Shown here piece by piece: positions 1-11,406 of a DNA stretch of 57,976 nt. The position numbers and the translations under genes were made by a program. Every line of letters starts with the position of its first letter. The first letter of the stretch is position 1. Location: positions 1-57,976 of the forward strand of contig JANTGR010000003.1 in assembly GCA_024762875.1 (NCBI GenBank). Direction: 5' to 3'. The notes under the pieces were generated by a model, which had not been told where the DNA came from, ran no database searches, and saw only the letters and a program-made list of their open reading frames with translations. The DNA comes from Sulfurospirillum sp. Its GTDB lineage: Bacteria; Campylobacterota; Campylobacteria; Campylobacterales; QNZT01.

Positions 1-38
1 TTTTTCTTTGGTAAATCCACACCAGCAATTCTTGCCAT
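1..38 (-). CDS. rpsM: 30S ribosomal protein S13, 5' end only (runs off the window)
   Basis: Reverse complement of 38..1 reads MARIAGVDLPKK, the conserved S13 N-terminus. It lies directly downstream of rpmJ, as in the usual operon order. Confidence 0.7.
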   Translation of the reverse strand, partial: MARIAGVDLPKK

Positions 39-40
39 GC

Positions 41-154
41 TTATCCTTGTCTCTGTTTGTGTTTAGGGTTTTTGCAGATTACTCTTACTGCACCTCTACG
101 TTTGATAATTTTACAACTATCGCACATTTTCTTGACTGATGGTCTAACTTTCAT
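41..154 (-). CDS. rpmJ: 50S ribosomal protein L36
   Basis: Not in the ORF track (<60 aa). Reverse complement 154..41 translates to [37 protein letters not shown], a canonical L36. Confidence 0.9.
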   Translation of the reverse strand: MKVRPSVKKMCDSCKIIKRRGAVRVICKNPKHKQRQG

Positions 155-346
155 TTTAATCCTTTTCTTACACAAGAGCAAAGCACTTGTATAATTCATT
201 GCATCTGAAGCTACGGCAGTTCGCCGAGACTTATCTGTCTTTCTTCTTGATTTAGAGCTTGCTCTGAATCAATTATTGCTACTAAAGCTACGACAATTGT
301 CGAGAATTTTGCAATCTTGAATACCTATAACTAAAAGATTGTTGAT

Positions 347-356
347 TATCATGATA
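347..356. repeat. TATCATGATA copy 1
   Basis: Perfect 10-mer in the infA-rpmJ spacer. Confidence 0.95.
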
Positions 357-536
357 GGCAACATCTTCAAGTCATTTAACTTTTTATCTATTTCCACTTG
401 AAATAACGAACGAAATGGTTTACTGATATATGCAAACCAATGATTGAAAAAACAGTGGGATTTTGTCAATCATTCTTCATATAGTCCCGTCATTCGACAA
501 TAGAGGCGGGCATTATAGCCTAGATAAGGTTAAAAA

Positions 537-755
537 TTACTTATATCTAAAAGTAATTCGTCCTTTGTCTAAACTATAAGGAGTCAATTCAACTTTTACT
601 TTATCACCTAACATGATTTTTATATAGTGCATTCTCATTTTTCCTGCGATATGACACAATACTTTATGTCCATTTTCAAGTTCTACTTGAAATGTTGCAT
701 TTGGTAACGCTTCAATAATTGTACCGTCAATTTCTATGACATCATCTTTAGCCAT
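537..755 (-). CDS. infA: translation initiation factor IF-1
   Basis: 72 aa, [41 protein letters not shown]..., a typical IF-1 S1-like fold. Follows map. Confidence 0.95.
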   Translation of the reverse strand: MAKDDVIEIDGTIIEALPNATFQVELENGHKVLCHIAGKMRMHYIKIMLGDKVKVELTPYSLDKGRITFRYK

Positions 756-792
756 CTAAATCCTTTATATAGTTATCATAGATATTTCACCG

Positions 793-1551
793 CTAAGGCA
801 GTGAAAGTATCTCTGCTTTATTATTTATAATTGCCACTGTATGCTCATAATGACTGCCACGAAGGCCGTCTTGTGATACTACAGACCATTTGTCATCTAG
901 AATTTTAGCTGTCGGAAGTTTCTGACAGATCATAGGTTCTAGACAAAATACCATACCATTTTTTATTTTCGGGCCCTGTTTTGGATTAGGAAATTCTAAA
1001 TAATTTGGTATTTCCGGTTCTTCATGTGGCTTTCTACCGATGCCATGACCGCAAAAACCATGTAAAGGGACATATCCGCGCCCTTCAATAAACTGTTCTA
1101 TTTCAAAACTTAACTCTTTAAAACGCATTCCTGCTTTTATTGTTTCTATAGCAAAATAGAGTGTATCTTTGGCACAGGCTATCAGTGCTTCATCTTCTTG
1201 ACTGATTTTACCTATTGGCATCGTAATGGCAGCATCACCATACCATCCGTCCTTTTCCACACCAATATCTAAACCCAAAATATCACCCTCTTGGACCACA
1301 GTTTCATTTGGAATACCATGAATAATCACTTCATTAAGCGAAGTACACACACCAGCGGGGAATCCATAAAGTCCTTTAAATGCAGGTCTTGCATCTAAAG
1401 ATGCAATAAATTCTTCACCCATTTGATTAATATGCGCCAATGTCATACCAGGTCTGACATACGTTTCTAAGTGTTTGAGAGTTTTACCGACATACGAGTT
1501 TGAAACCCTCAATGAATCAATTTCAGAGGGTTTCTTGATTGTAATGCCCAT
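793..1551 (-). CDS. map: type I methionine aminopeptidase
   Basis: 252 aa with the metal-ligand context (GDILGLDIG, HGIGR, EPMI..). Sits after secY. Confidence 0.93.
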   Translation of the reverse strand: MGITIKKPSEIDSLRVSNSYVGKTLKHLETYVRPGMTLAHINQMGEEFIASLDARPAFKGLYGFPAGVCTSLNEVIIHGIPNETVVQEGDILGLDIGVEKDGWYGDAAITMPIGKISQEDEALIACAKDTLYFAIETIKAGMRFKELSFEIEQFIEGRGYVPLHGFCGHGIGRKPHEEPEIPNYLEFPNPKQGPKIKNGMVFCLEPMICQKLPTAKILDDKWSVVSQDGLRGSHYEHTVAIINNKAEILSLP

Positions 1552-1555
1552 TAGT

Positions 1556-2815
1556 TTACAAGCCTACCGTATTCAATGAATTATATTTGTTCATATAAAT
1601 CTGTGCTTCTATTTTTCTCATCGTATCAAGTGCAACTTGTACAACAATCAAGACAGCCACACCACCAAAATAAAATGGTACACCCATCGCTTTTACCAAT
1701 ATAAATGGTAGTGTTGAGATCAGACCAAGGTATATTGCACCGCCAAATGTCAAGCGACTGGCAACTTCATTGATAAAACCTTCTGTACTCGCACCTGGTC
1801 TGACACCAGGGATAAATCCGCCTTGTTTCTTCAGGTTTTCCGATATGTCTTTTGCATTAAATACGATTGACGCATAAAAGAAAGCAAAAAAGACAACACC
1901 CAAAAACATCAAAATGTTAAATAAATATCCACCAGGACTCAATGCATCAGAAATAGCCAATACATAAGGATTTGTACTACCATGCAATAAAGTAGCAGGC
2001 ATCATCAAAATAGCAGATGCAAAAATTGGTGGTATAACACCAGAGAGATTCACTTTGATAGGTATATAATTCATCACTCTCTTGTTTTGATTGTCCATCA
2101 TCGTTTTTCTTGAATACGAAATAGGTACACGTCTTTCACCAAGTTCAACATAGATAATTGCACCAATAGTAATCAAAATAACAGCAAACATACCAATTAC
2201 TGATAAGAAATTCAAGTCACCAGTATTAACAAGGTTGATTGTACCAGCAATTGCTGATGGAATACCAGAAACAATACCCGCAAAAATTATCAAGGAGATA
2301 CCGTTACCAATACCACGCTGTGTAATTTGTTCACCAATCCACATCAACAACATTGTACCTGTCAGCATCGAAAATGCAGCTACCGGTACGAAAATACTCA
2401 TATCTATCATGATAGCACTCTGACCACCGCCACTCATGCTTTGAAGTCCCATTGAAACACCTACAGCCTGTACCAGTGTGATAACAACCGTAGCATAACG
2501 GATGATTTGCATATATTTAGTCATACCATCACGTTCTTTTTTCATTTGACCTAAAGTTGGAAAAGTAGCAGCGAGAAGTTCCATGATAATGGAAGCAGTA
2601 ATATAAGGCATAATGCCTAGTGAAATGATACTCAGTCGGCTGACCGCATTTCCACTAAACATATTTACCATACCAAGTGCGTTATTTGAATTTGAATCAA
2701 AAAACTGTTTTATAACATCTACATTTACACCAGGTACTGGCACATAGGATAAAATCCTATAAGCAAACAAGAAACCAAGTGTAATCAGTATCTTATTTGT
2801 TAAATCTTTGCTCAT
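1556..2815 (-). CDS. secY: preprotein translocase subunit SecY
   Basis: 419 aa polytopic membrane protein ([33 protein letters not shown]). Sits at the end of the spc operon. Confidence 0.97.
   Translation of the reverse strand: MSKDLTNKILITLGFLFAYRILSYVPVPGVNVDVIKQFFDSNSNNALGMVNMFSGNAVSRLSIISLGIMPYITASIIMELLAATFPTLGQMKKERDGMTKYMQIIRYATVVITLVQAVGVSMGLQSMSGGGQSAIMIDMSIFVPVAAFSMLTGTMLLMWIGEQITQRGIGNGISLIIFAGIVSGIPSAIAGTINLVNTGDLNFLSVIGMFAVILITIGAIIYVELGERRVPISYSRKTMMDNQNKRVMNYIPIKVNLSGVIPPIFASAILMMPATLLHGSTNPYVLAISDALSPGGYLFNILMFLGVVFFAFFYASIVFNAKDISENLKKQGGFIPGVRPGASTEGFINEVASRLTFGGAIYLGLISTLPFILVKAMGVPFYFGGVAVLIVVQVALDTMRKIEAQIYMNKYNSLNTVGL
2405..2414. repeat. TATCATGATA copy 2
   Basis: Perfect. 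Inside secY, read as I-M-I. Confidence 0.95.
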
Positions 2816-3216
2816 TTTTCCATACCGCTATATGTGACATTGTCATCTTTGATTTTAGAAGCCAATGCTTTTGCACCTGCACCAATCAATTTAATTTTTT
2901 GTACTGAGCCCTGTACTTTATGTACAGATTTAATTGTTTCCATAGAAATCTCAGCCAACTCTGCAATTTTACTTACTTTGTCAACATTGATTGAATATGG
3001 TTTGATTACTCTTGAAGTAAATCCTACTTTAGGTAATCTTCTTTGAAGTGGTTGTTGACCACCTTCAAATCCTCTTTTTTGGCTATAACCAGTTCTACTT
3101 TTTTGACCATTTTGACCACGAGAAGCTGTTTTACCCATTCCACTACCTTGCCCTCGGCCTTTTCTCTTTCTATTTTTAGTAGAGTTATCCGCTGGTGTTA
3201 GATTATGTAATGCCAT
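2812..3216 (-). CDS. rplO: 50S ribosomal protein L15
   Basis: 134 aa with a Gly/Arg/Lys-rich N-terminus ([24 protein letters not shown]). 4-nt overlap with secY. Confidence 0.93.
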   Translation of the reverse strand: MALHNLTPADNSTKNRKRKGRGQGSGMGKTASRGQNGQKSRTGYSQKRGFEGGQQPLQRRLPKVGFTSRVIKPYSINVDKVSKIAELAEISMETIKSVHKVQGSVQKIKLIGAGAKALASKIKDDNVTYSGMEK

Positions 3217-3235
3217 CTAATATCCTTCAATCTAA

Positions 3236-3685
3236 TTATTGTTTGATCATAGTAAGTGCTTTTACAGTCGCTCTTACTACATTTGCCGGGTTATTTGAAC
3301 CAAGAGATTTAGTCAAGATATCTTTGATACCAGCAAGCTCTAAAACAGGTCTAGTTGCTCCACCGGCAATCACACCAGTACCTTCACTGGCTGGTTTTAA
3401 CAAAATTCTACTTGCATTAAACTTAATCTCGATGTCATGCGCGATTGTAGAACCTTTGATATTGACATTTACCAGGTTTTTAAATGCATCGTCAACAGCT
3501 TTTTTGATAGCATCAGGTACTTCTTTGGCTTTACCAGATCCATAACCTACAATACCTTCTTTGTTACCTACAACAACTAAAGCAGTAAATCTAAATCTTC
3601 TACCACCTTTAACAACTTTTGTAACTCTTCCGATGTTTACAATAGCTTCTTCAAAATCTTCTCTGTTAATTTTTTCCATATTCAT
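3236..3685 (-). CDS. rpsE: 30S ribosomal protein S5
   Basis: 149 aa with [26 protein letters not shown]. There is no rpmD (L30) ORF between rpsE and rplO. Confidence 0.95.
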   Translation of the reverse strand: MNMEKINREDFEEAIVNIGRVTKVVKGGRRFRFTALVVVGNKEGIVGYGSGKAKEVPDAIKKAVDDAFKNLVNVNIKGSTIAHDIEIKFNASRILLKPASEGTGVIAGGATRPVLELAGIKDILTKSLGSNNPANVVRATVKALTMIKQ

Positions 3686-3689
3686 AGCC

Positions 3690-4046
3690 TTACACCGTAA
3701 TCCCGTTATTTCTTAAGCCATCAGCAAATGCTGCTACTACACCATGATAATTGTTTCCTCTTTTGTCAAAAACAACTTTTTCGATGCCTTTATCTTTCAG
3801 ACTTTGTGCAAAAACTTTTGCAATTTCTTCTGCTGCATTTTTACTTGCATTTTGTCCTAATTTTTTACCATCGACACTTGCTAAAGTTACAGAGTCAACA
3901 TCATTGATTGCCTGTGCATAAAGATGTCTAGTTGATTTAAAAAGGGCAACTCTTGGAGTCTGTGCTGTACCAGAAATTTTAGCTCTGACTCTTTTTATTC
4001 TTCTTGCTTTTAATGCATTTTTCTTTTTTAATAATTTTGTTCTCAT
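3690..4046 (-). CDS. rplR: 50S ribosomal protein L18
   Basis: 118 aa, basic N-terminus, C-terminal [16 protein letters not shown]. Operon position fits. Confidence 0.93.
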   Translation of the reverse strand: MRTKLLKKKNALKARRIKRVRAKISGTAQTPRVALFKSTRHLYAQAINDVDSVTLASVDGKKLGQNASKNAAEEIAKVFAQSLKDKGIEKVVFDKRGNNYHGVVAAFADGLRNNGITV

Positions 4047-4054
4047 CTCAATCC

Positions 4055-4591
4055 CTATTTACCAGCTGTCTTACCAGCTTTTCTGATGATATGCTCTTCA
4101 ACATACTTAACACCTTTTCCTTTATATGGCTCAGGCGGTCTAAAGCTTCTAATCTCTGCAGCGATTTGTCCAATAACTTGTTTATCATCACCACTAATAG
4201 TTACAATATTTTTTTCTACACCGATTTTCACATCTTTTGGAAAATCATAGTTGATTGGGTGAGAATGACCAAGTTGTAATTCCAAAACATTACCTTTAAC
4301 AGCTGCTTTATAACCAACACCGTTGATTTCAAGTTGTCTTGTATAACCATCAGTTAGACCAACAATGATATTTTGCGCTAGCGCTCTAAATGTTCCCCAG
4401 AAAGCACGATCTTGTCTATCATCACCTTTTGGTGCGAAAACGATCTCTTCTTTCTCAACAGATACATTTACCAAATCTTTTGTATCAAGTTCTTTAGTGA
4501 CATTACCTTTTTTAAAAGTAAGCACTGAACCATCTAATTTTACTTCAATACCAGCTGGTATTGAAACGGGTTGTTTCCCTATTCTTGACAT
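4055..4591 (-). CDS. rplF: 50S ribosomal protein L6
   Basis: 178 aa, starts [17 protein letters not shown]. Confidence 0.95.
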   Translation of the reverse strand: MSRIGKQPVSIPAGIEVKLDGSVLTFKKGNVTKELDTKDLVNVSVEKEEIVFAPKGDDRQDRAFWGTFRALAQNIIVGLTDGYTRQLEINGVGYKAAVKGNVLELQLGHSHPINYDFPKDVKIGVEKNIVTISGDDKQVIGQIAAEIRSFRPPEPYKGKGVKYVEEHIIRKAGKTAGK

Positions 4592-4643
4592 ATTTTTCCT
4601 TTTTACTTGTCTACGATTTACTCGAATGCCGTAAAAATATCTG

Positions 4644-5039
4644 CTACCAAATACTGCAGATTATTTCGCCGCCAACGCCTTCTTTATAAGCAACTTCATT
4701 ACTTACAACGCCTTTAGAGGTACTCACAATAATCGTACCATAGCCATTTTTAAATTTTTTAATTTCACTGTTTCCTTTATAAACACGACGACCAGGCTTG
4801 GAAATCTTTTTGATTTCATTAATCACACGATTACCATTATCATCATATTTTAAAACAACTTTAATAAATTTTTTATTGCCTTCTTCTACTACATTGTAAC
4901 TATCAATATATCCTTTTTCCTGGATAATCTTTACAACTGATTCAACCAATTTTGAATGAAGCAATTGTGTTACTTCAAGTTTTCTCATAGAAGCATTTCT
5001 TATTCTTGTTAGCGCATCTGCTACTAAATCATTTACCAT
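4644..5039 (-). CDS. rpsH: 30S ribosomal protein S8
   Basis: 131 aa, starts [16 protein letters not shown]. Confidence 0.95.
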   Translation of the reverse strand: MVNDLVADALTRIRNASMRKLEVTQLLHSKLVESVVKIIQEKGYIDSYNVVEEGNKKFIKVVLKYDDNGNRVINEIKKISKPGRRVYKGNSEIKKFKNGYGTIIVSTSKGVVSNEVAYKEGVGGEIICSIW

Positions 5040-5048
5040 TGCTATCCC

Positions 5049-5234
5049 TTACCAGCTTGATTTTTTGATTCCAGGTAATTTACCTTCGTTTGCCATTTTT
5101 CTGAAACAAACTCTACAAATACCAAAATCTCTATATACTGAATGAGGTCTTCCACAGATTTGACATCGTGTATAACCTCTTACTTTGAACTTAGGATCTC
5201 TTTTCGCTTTTGCGATCATTGATTTCTTTGCCAT
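5049..5234 (-). CDS. rpsN: 30S ribosomal protein S14 (short, zinc-binding type Z)
   Basis: 61 aa with [22 protein letters not shown] (two CxxC pairs). Confidence 0.93.
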   Translation of the reverse strand: MAKKSMIAKAKRDPKFKVRGYTRCQICGRPHSVYRDFGICRVCFRKMANEGKLPGIKKSSW

Positions 5235-5782
5235 TATTCACGTCCCTTTGCAAATGGTACACCAAACATTTCCAACATTTTGAAAGCTTCTTTATCATCT
5301 TCTGTTGTTGTTACAAATGTAAGATTCATACCGTGTGTTTTAATAATATCATCAAATTTTACTTCAGGGAATACCAATTGCTCATCAAGCCCAAAGTTAT
5401 AATTTCCTCTACCATCAAATCCGTTTCTTGGTACACCTCTAAAATCTTTTACTCTAGGAAGCGTAATAGAAATCAGTTTATCCAAGAAAACATACATATT
5501 TTCTCCACGAAGTGTTACCATGACACCAACTGGAAAATCTTCTCTTAGTTTAAAACCAGCGATAGATTTTTTCGCTTTTGTAACAACAGCTTTTTGACCT
5601 GCTATCAGTGAAATAGTATCTACTACGTTCTGTAATACTTTTGTATCTTTTGCTTCTTCACTAGCACCAACACTGATAGAAATTTTTTCCAAACCAGGAA
5701 TCAACATAGGATTCTTGATTTCAAACTCTTCAGCCAATGCAGCTCTGATTGTTGCATCATATTTTTCTTTTAATCTTGCCAT
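5234..5782 (-). CDS. rplE: 50S ribosomal protein L5
   Basis: 182 aa, MARLKEKYD..., [17 protein letters not shown]. Confidence 0.95.
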   Translation of the reverse strand: MARLKEKYDATIRAALAEEFEIKNPMLIPGLEKISISVGASEEAKDTKVLQNVVDTISLIAGQKAVVTKAKKSIAGFKLREDFPVGVMVTLRGENMYVFLDKLISITLPRVKDFRGVPRNGFDGRGNYNFGLDEQLVFPEVKFDDIIKTHGMNLTFVTTTEDDKEAFKMLEMFGVPFAKGRE

Positions 5783-5787
5783 CTCTA

Positions 5788-6021
5788 TTACCCTTCTACT
5801 TTAGTAACATTTGAAATGTGAATAGGTGTTTCTCTGTTCTCAAAACCACCTTGAGGATTTTCCTCAGTAGGCTTAATAGATTTTTTAGCTATTTTACACC
5901 CAGCTACAATCACTTGTGATGTTTTTGGTAATACTTGCAATACTTCAGCTTCTTTACCTTTATCATCTCCAGCAATGATCTTTACAGTATCACCTTTTTT
6001 GATATCAAACTTAACTGCCAT
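5788..6021 (-). CDS. rplX: 50S ribosomal protein L24
   Basis: 77 aa with a KOW-like [20 protein letters not shown]. Confidence 0.9.
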   Translation of the reverse strand: MAVKFDIKKGDTVKIIAGDDKGKEAEVLQVLPKTSQVIVAGCKIAKKSIKPTEENPQGGFENRETPIHISNVTKVEG

Positions 6022-6389
6022 TATAAAACCTCCGGTGCAAGTGAAACAATTTTCATGAAACCTGCATATCTAACTTCACGACCTATTGGACCAAAAATAC
6101 GTGTTCCTATCGGCTCACTTTTTCCATCAAGGATCACGGCAGCATTTTCATCAAAACGAATTAAAGAACCATTTTCTCTTTGAATCTCTTTTTTTGTTCT
6201 GACAACAACTGCTTTAACAACTTGACCTTTTTTTACTTTTCCATTTGGAATCGCTTTTTTTACTGATGCAACAATTACATCACCAACACTTGCATATCTT
6301 CTTTTACTACCACCAAGTACTTTGATACACATGATTTCTTTAGCACCACTGTTATCTCCAACAGCAAGTCTTGTAAAACCTTGAATCAT
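6021..6389 (-). CDS. rplN: 50S ribosomal protein L14
   Basis: 122 aa, starts [28 protein letters not shown]. Confidence 0.96.
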   Translation of the reverse strand: MIQGFTRLAVGDNSGAKEIMCIKVLGGSKRRYASVGDVIVASVKKAIPNGKVKKGQVVKAVVVRTKKEIQRENGSLIRFDENAAVILDGKSEPIGTRIFGPIGREVRYAGFMKIVSLAPEVL

Positions 6390-6640
6390 GCCCCAACTCC
6401 TCTAGCAGTAATCTCTTTTAATCTAAATGTTTTTGTTTTAGACATTGGTCTGCATTCAATTGCAGTCACACTATCACCAACATTTGCATCATTAGACTCA
6501 TCATGTACCAGATATTTTTTAAATCGTTTTACAATTTTATGATATCTAGGATGTGTCACTTTTCTCTCAACTAAAACAGTAACTGTTTTCTCGCCAGCCT
6601 TTTTAACAACTGTACCTTTGATTTCTCTTTTTAAAGCCAT
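6386..6640 (-). CDS. rpsQ: 30S ribosomal protein S17
   Basis: 84 aa with [25 protein letters not shown]. Confidence 0.93.
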   Translation of the reverse strand: MALKREIKGTVVKKAGEKTVTVLVERKVTHPRYHKIVKRFKKYLVHDESNDANVGDSVTAIECRPMSKTKTFRLKEITARGVGA

Positions 6641-6642
6641 TA

Positions 6643-6843
6643 TTACGCCTTATTGTTAGCTGCAGTCATTGCTGTTTGGATTCTAGCAATATCTTTTCTA
6701 ACTTCTTTAATTTCATTTGGGTTGCTTAATTGCATCGTTCTAAGCTTAGCTTTAAGCTTAAAAAGCAATAACTTCTTCTCTTTCAACAACTCGCTTAACG
6801 CTTTTGCGTCTTTCTCTTGTATCTCAGTAAATTTCATTTTCAT
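6643..6843 (-). CDS. rpmC: 50S ribosomal protein L29
   Basis: 66 aa helical protein in the L16-L29-S17 position. Confidence 0.85.
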   Translation of the reverse strand: MKMKFTEIQEKDAKALSELLKEKKLLLFKLKAKLRTMQLSNPNEIKEVRKDIARIQTAMTAANNKA

Positions 6844-7249
6844 TCTCTCGAGTTATAATTTTTGTTTTAAATGGTAATTTATGCTTAGCCAATGTTAATG
6901 CTTCTCTTGCTAATTCATCACTGACACCAGCCATTTCAAATATAATTCTTCCTGGCTTAACATTCATAACCCATTTATCAACAGCACCTTTACCTTTACC
7001 CATTCTTGTTTCAAGTGGTTTAGCAGTTAAAGGTTTATCTGGGAAAACACGAATCCAAGATTTTGCTTCTCTTTTAACATGTCTGGTCATTGCGATACGC
7101 GCTGCTTCAATTTGACGTGAATCAATTCTGCCAGCTTCGGTAGCTTTGAGTGCTATTTCACCAAATGCAATAGAGTTACCTTTGTAGGATTTTCCTCTAT
7201 TTCTACCTTTCATCACTTTTCTGTATTTTGTTCTTTTAGGCATCAACAT
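6824..7249 (-). CDS. rplP: 50S ribosomal protein L16
   Basis: 141 aa, starts [19 protein letters not shown]. Confidence 0.95.
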   Translation of the reverse strand: MLMPKRTKYRKVMKGRNRGKSYKGNSIAFGEIALKATEAGRIDSRQIEAARIAMTRHVKREAKSWIRVFPDKPLTAKPLETRMGKGKGAVDKWVMNVKPGRIIFEMAGVSDELAREALTLAKHKLPFKTKIITRENENEIY

Positions 7250-7251
7250 GA

Positions 7252-7941
7252 CTATTCACCTCTTCTCTTGTTTCTAGGTTTTTTTTCTTCTCTTTTTTCA
7301 GCTGGAATACCTTTTGCCAGTACCTCACCTTTAAAGATCCATACTTTGATACCTATGATTCCATAAGTAGTATGCGCTTCTGCAAAACCATAATCTATTC
7401 TTGCTCTTAAAGTATGAAGAGGAACTCTTCCTTCAAGGTACCACTCAGTTCTTGCCATTTCAGCACCACCAAGACGACCTGCAACAGAAACTTTAATTCC
7501 TTTTGCTCCACCTTTCATCGCACCTTGCATCACTTTTTTCATTGCTCTTCTAAAGGCAACTCTTCTCTCAAGTTGTGTTGCTACATTTTCAGCAGCCAAC
7601 TGAGCAGATGTTTGAGGTTTTCTCTCTTCTTGGATATTTACATTAACTTCTTTACCGACAAGTTTGTGAAGTTTTTTTCTTAACTTCTCAATGTCCGCAC
7701 CTTTTTTACCGATAATGATTCCTGGTCTTGCTGAAACTATAGTAACTCTTAGTTTTTTTGCAGTTCTTTCAATAATAATTTGACTGACACCTGCATAATA
7801 AAGTTCTTTTTTTACAAAAGTTCTAATCTTGTGATCTTCACCAATATTTTGTACTGTATTTTCAGAAGATGGATACCATCTAGAATCCCAGTTTCTATTA
7901 AGTCCTAGTCTAAGACCTATAGGATTTACTTTTTGACCCAT
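7252..7941 (-). CDS. rpsC: 30S ribosomal protein S3
   Basis: 229 aa, [25 protein letters not shown] domain. Confidence 0.96.
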   Translation of the reverse strand: MGQKVNPIGLRLGLNRNWDSRWYPSSENTVQNIGEDHKIRTFVKKELYYAGVSQIIIERTAKKLRVTIVSARPGIIIGKKGADIEKLRKKLHKLVGKEVNVNIQEERKPQTSAQLAAENVATQLERRVAFRRAMKKVMQGAMKGGAKGIKVSVAGRLGGAEMARTEWYLEGRVPLHTLRARIDYGFAEAHTTYGIIGIKVWIFKGEVLAKGIPAEKREEKKPRNKRRGE

Positions 7942-7943
7942 GG

Positions 7944-8303
7944 TTATGCATCCTTCTTAGTAGTTTTTTTTGTTGTTTCATCTTTTTTCGCCGGTCCAAC
8001 TTCTACCATGATGTGAGATGTTGGCTTTAAAATTCTAGATGCACTACCTCTTGCTCTTGGTCTAAATCTTTTAAGAACCGGACCTTTATCAACACGACAA
8101 GAGATTACTTCAACTTCTTCAGGTTCATAATCACCATTTGCTACAGCTGAAGCAATTACCTTAGAGATAATACCCGCAGCTTTATTTGGTGCAAACTCCA
8201 AAGATGCAAGAGCATATTCAGCATTCATACCTTGCACTTCTTTTGCAATCAATCTTGCTTTTGTAGGTGAGAGTCTTATAAATTTTAATGTTGCTTTACT
8301 CAT
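7944..8303 (-). CDS. rplV: 50S ribosomal protein L22
   Basis: 119 aa with [18 protein letters not shown]. Operon position fits. Confidence 0.92.
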   Translation of the reverse strand: MSKATLKFIRLSPTKARLIAKEVQGMNAEYALASLEFAPNKAAGIISKVIASAVANGDYEPEEVEVISCRVDKGPVLKRFRPRARGSASRILKPTSHIMVEVGPAKKDETTKKTTKKDA

Positions 8304-8304
8304 A

Positions 8305-8583
8305 TTAACCTACCTTCTTTTGTACAGAGCCCTTATGACCCTTAAAAGTTCTTGTAGGTGCAAACTCACCTAACTTATAACCAACATGATTTTCAGTGAT
8401 GTAAACAGGAATAAAATTTCTACCGTTATGTACACTAAATGTTAAACCAATCATATCAGGAAGAATCATACTTCTTCTTGACCATGTTTTGATAGGTTTT
8501 TTATCTCCACTCTCTTTTGCTTTTAACACTTTTTTAACCAAGTGATCGTCAACAAATGGACCTTTTTTCAGACTTCTAGCCAT
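8305..8583 (-). CDS. rpsS: 30S ribosomal protein S19
   Basis: 92 aa, starts [15 protein letters not shown], with [24 protein letters not shown]. Confidence 0.96.
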   Translation of the reverse strand: MARSLKKGPFVDDHLVKKVLKAKESGDKKPIKTWSRRSMILPDMIGLTFSVHNGRNFIPVYITENHVGYKLGEFAPTRTFKGHKGSVQKKVG

Positions 8584-9414
8584 CTATCTTCCTTTCTTTC
8601 TTGAGATAATGAGTTTATCACTAGCTTTTTTTCTTCTAGTTTTATAACCTTTAGTCGGCATACCCCATGGACTCACTGGATGTCTACTTCCATTTGTCTT
8701 ACCTTCACCACCACCATGCGGGTGATCAATCGGGTTCATCGCAGAACCACGAGTTTGAGGACGTTTCCCCATATGTCTGCTTCTACCGGCTTTACCAATG
8801 ACTACATTGGCCCAATCTTCGTTACCAACAGTACCAATTGTTGCCATACATTCTGAAAGTATTTGTCTCATCTCACCACTTGGGAGTCTTAAAACAACAT
8901 ATTTCTCTTCTTTACCCATTAGTTGTGCATAACCACCGGCTGAACGTGCAATTTGAGCACCTTTACCTGGTTTCATCTCTACATTATGGATAATTGTACC
9001 AATTGGAATATTTTTCATTTTCATTGCATTACCAGGCTTGATGTCAAGTCCAGATTCTGCTGCCATTACTTTATCTCCAACTTTGATACCTGATGGTTGA
9101 ATAATATATCTTTTTTCACCATCTGTGTAAGTTACCAGTGCAATTCTACAATTTCTATACGGATCGTATTCTATTGCCGATACGGTACCTTCTATGTCAA
9201 ATTTTCTTCTTTTAAAATCGATAATACGATAGTGCTTTTTAGCACCTGCTTCTCTATGGCGAGAAGTGATTCTACCGTTATTATTTCTACCAGCACTTCT
9301 TGGAAGTTTTTTAAGAAGACTTGGAACACTTGCTTTAGCTGTAATATCGCTAGAGTCAAGACCAGTCATATATCTTCTAGAAGGCGTATAAGGTCTGTAT
9401 GATTTTATAGCCAT
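8584..9414 (-). CDS. rplB: 50S ribosomal protein L2
   Basis: 276 aa with [19 protein letters not shown]. Confidence 0.97.
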   Translation of the reverse strand: MAIKSYRPYTPSRRYMTGLDSSDITAKASVPSLLKKLPRSAGRNNNGRITSRHREAGAKKHYRIIDFKRRKFDIEGTVSAIEYDPYRNCRIALVTYTDGEKRYIIQPSGIKVGDKVMAAESGLDIKPGNAMKMKNIPIGTIIHNVEMKPGKGAQIARSAGGYAQLMGKEEKYVVLRLPSGEMRQILSECMATIGTVGNEDWANVVIGKAGRSRHMGKRPQTRGSAMNPIDHPHGGGEGKTNGSRHPVSPWGMPTKGYKTRRKKASDKLIISRKKGR

Positions 9415-9415
9415 C

Positions 9416-9697
9416 TTATACCTCCAAACTTTCTATTTTAGCACCTTCAGGAAGTGTGACATAAAACTTTTTATAGTTATCTCTTCTACCTGCGATACCT
9501 TTAAATCTCTTTGCTTTACCCTCTTGTCTAAGTGAATTAACTTTAAGTGGAATAAAACCAAAATACTCTCTTAATACTTCTTTCAGGCCATTTTTAGTCA
9601 TTTTAGGACTTGTTTGTATTACTACAACACCATCTTCCTGAAGACCTAAACTCTTCTCAGTATAAAGAATTGCTTTAATATCTGTAATATCTGCCAT
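9416..9697 (-). CDS. rplW: 50S ribosomal protein L23
   Basis: The track ORF runs to 9730. I place the start at the internal ATG at 9697 ([15 protein letters not shown]), just after the rplD stop at 9699. Confidence 0.88.
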   Translation of the reverse strand: MADITDIKAILYTEKSLGLQEDGVVVIQTSPKMTKNGLKEVLREYFGFIPLKVNSLRQEGKAKRFKGIAGRRDNYKKFYVTLPEGAKIESLEV

Positions 9698-9698
9698 C

Positions 9699-10313
9699 TT
9701 AGTCCTCTTTCGTGAGTGTTTCAAAAACACTTTTTTCTATTACAATAGCATCAAATGCTGCTGCAGTATAACCGTTTAACTCGTGAGCTTCAACTAAATA
9801 ACTGTTTGGTTCATTTCTAAATGCATAGAATGTTTTCTCATCTACTAACTCTTTAACTACCAATGCATCTCTTGCATCAATATTTTTCAAATATGCAGCT
9901 GCATCTTTTGTTTTACCTGATTCAATCGCAACACTGTCAACAACAAAAAGTTTTCCATTTACTGCTTTTTCATTTATAGCAAATAATAAAGCAAGTTTTT
10001 TCTGCTTTTTATTGACTTTTTGATTATAGTTTCTGTTCGCTTTTGGACCATGAGAAACTCCACCGCCTACCCAGATTGGGCTTCTGGTAGAACCGGCACG
10101 TGCACGTCCTCCACCTTTTTGGGCGTATGGTTTCTTACCACCACCGCTTACTTCAGCTCTTGTTTTTGTATTTGCAGTATTTGCTCTTAATGCTGCTTGA
10201 TAAGACTTTACATATAGATACAAGTTATGTGGATCAATCTCACTGTAACTTGCTGGTAAAGCGATCTCACCATTTGCTTTAAGGTTATTATCTAATACAA
10301 TTGCTTTACTCAT
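9699..10313 (-). CDS. rplD: 50S ribosomal protein L4
   Basis: 204 aa with [29 protein letters not shown]. Confidence 0.95.
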   Translation of the reverse strand: MSKAIVLDNNLKANGEIALPASYSEIDPHNLYLYVKSYQAALRANTANTKTRAEVSGGGKKPYAQKGGGRARAGSTRSPIWVGGGVSHGPKANRNYNQKVNKKQKKLALLFAINEKAVNGKLFVVDSVAIESGKTKDAAAYLKNIDARDALVVKELVDEKTFYAFRNEPNSYLVEAHELNGYTAAAFDAIVIEKSVFETLTKED

Positions 10314-10891
10314 TTCATAATCCTTATCGTTCCATATGCTCCATTTGCACCAGCTACACCGCCTTTAAGCGCGATTACACCAGTTTCTGCATCATAGGAT
10401 ACTATTTCATTTTTTGCTGTTTTTTTATCTACACCATAATGTCCAGGCATTTTTCTACCTTTTTGAACACGACCAGGCCATTCAGCATTACCAATAGAAC
10501 CAACACGTCTATGGAATCTAGAACCGTGTGCACCTGGACCACCTGCAAAATTATGTCTTTTCATAACACCAGAAAATCCACGACCTTTACTGGCAAATGT
10601 TGTTTTAACAGTTTTAGCATCCGCTAAAGGTGTCAAATCCAAGTCACCGACTTCACTATTGGCTACATCAAGTGTCATAAATTTATTAAACTCAGGCGTC
10701 AAGTTATATTTCTTTTGTTGTCCGGCAATGGCTTTGTTTGTTTTTTTACCCTTAGGATAAGCAACAAGTGCTCTTTTGCTTTCATCAACTTCAACAACTT
10801 TTGCTTCTACTATCTTCACTAGTGTTACCGCTACAGAAGGAACTGTAATCGTTCTAGTCATACCAATTTTTTCTACAATATATTCCATCAT
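10310..10891 (-). CDS. rplC: 50S ribosomal protein L3
   Basis: 193 aa with [26 protein letters not shown]. Confidence 0.95.
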   Translation of the reverse strand: MMEYIVEKIGMTRTITVPSVAVTLVKIVEAKVVEVDESKRALVAYPKGKKTNKAIAGQQKKYNLTPEFNKFMTLDVANSEVGDLDLTPLADAKTVKTTFASKGRGFSGVMKRHNFAGGPGAHGSRFHRRVGSIGNAEWPGRVQKGRKMPGHYGVDKKTAKNEIVSYDAETGVIALKGGVAGANGAYGTIRIMK

Positions 10892-10898
10892 AAACTCC

Positions 10899-11210
10899 CT
10901 ATTTACCCATCGCTCTAACTTCGACGTTTACTTCTGGAGCAAGGTCAAGCTTCATCAATGAATCAACAGTGTCAGTTGTAGCAGAAACGATGTCGATCAA
11001 TCGACCATGCATTCTCATCTCAAACTGTTCACGTGAATCTTTATTGACGTGCGGTGATTTTAGTACAGTATATTTTTTGATTTTTGTAGGCATTGGGATA
11101 GGCCCTCTAATCTCAGCTCCGGTTCGTTTAACTGCATCAACGATAGCAGCAACAGAACGGTCTAAAACCCTATGATCATAAGCTTTGAGCTTAAGTCTAA
11201 TTTTTTCCAT
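10899..11210 (-). CDS. rpsJ: 30S ribosomal protein S10
   Basis: 103 aa, starts [17 protein letters not shown]. First gene of the S10 operon. Confidence 0.96.
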   Translation of the reverse strand: MEKIRLKLKAYDHRVLDRSVAAIVDAVKRTGAEIRGPIPMPTKIKKYTVLKSPHVNKDSREQFEMRMHGRLIDIVSATTDTVDSLMKLDLAPEVNVEVRAMGK

Positions 11211-11325
11211 TTTTTTCCTTAAAAGAACTCGTCAGATCTCTCTGACAAAAAATTTGAACGCTAAATATACAAAAAAAAGAGGAGAAAGTCAATAGTTATG
11301 GGGTTTTTAATAAAATTAACATCAT

Positions 11326-11352
11326 ATTTGTTCCTTTTAACAAGGAACAAAT
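11326..11352 (-). terminator. hairpin downstream of pssA, upstream of the S10 operon leader
   Basis: ATTTGTTCCTT / AAGGAACAAAT, an 11-bp perfect stem with a 5-nt loop. No clean U-tract. Confidence 0.35.
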
Positions 11353-11406
11353 ACATTATAAAGATCATTCTATTTTAATTATTTAAATACTTTATTTAAG
11401 AATAAA

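Noticed and set aside
291-302. 12-bp perfect palindrome CGACAATTGTCG
   Set aside because: By my rough estimate a window of this size and composition should contain some tens of 12-bp perfect palindromes by chance. There is no second copy.
269-469. 66-aa ORF in the infA-rpmJ spacer (minus strand)
   Set aside because: It has a TTG start, no Shine-Dalgarno sequence, and no recognisable fold or motif. Its composition looks like translated A+T-rich spacer. It is kept only as context for the spacer finding.
2235-11175. Plus-strand ORFs of 60-116 aa inside the ribosomal protein operon (e.g. 2235-2423, 3195-3545, 4004-4279, 5210-5548, 7414-7683, 9097-9402, 10301-10627)
   Set aside because: All are antisense shadows of strongly supported minus-strand ribosomal protein or secY genes. 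They have low-complexity or odd composition and no RBS.
11171-11180. TATGATCATA, a palindrome related to the iterated motif with the central bases permuted
   Set aside because: It occurs once, inside rpsJ, with no evidence of iteration. It was not counted as a motif copy.
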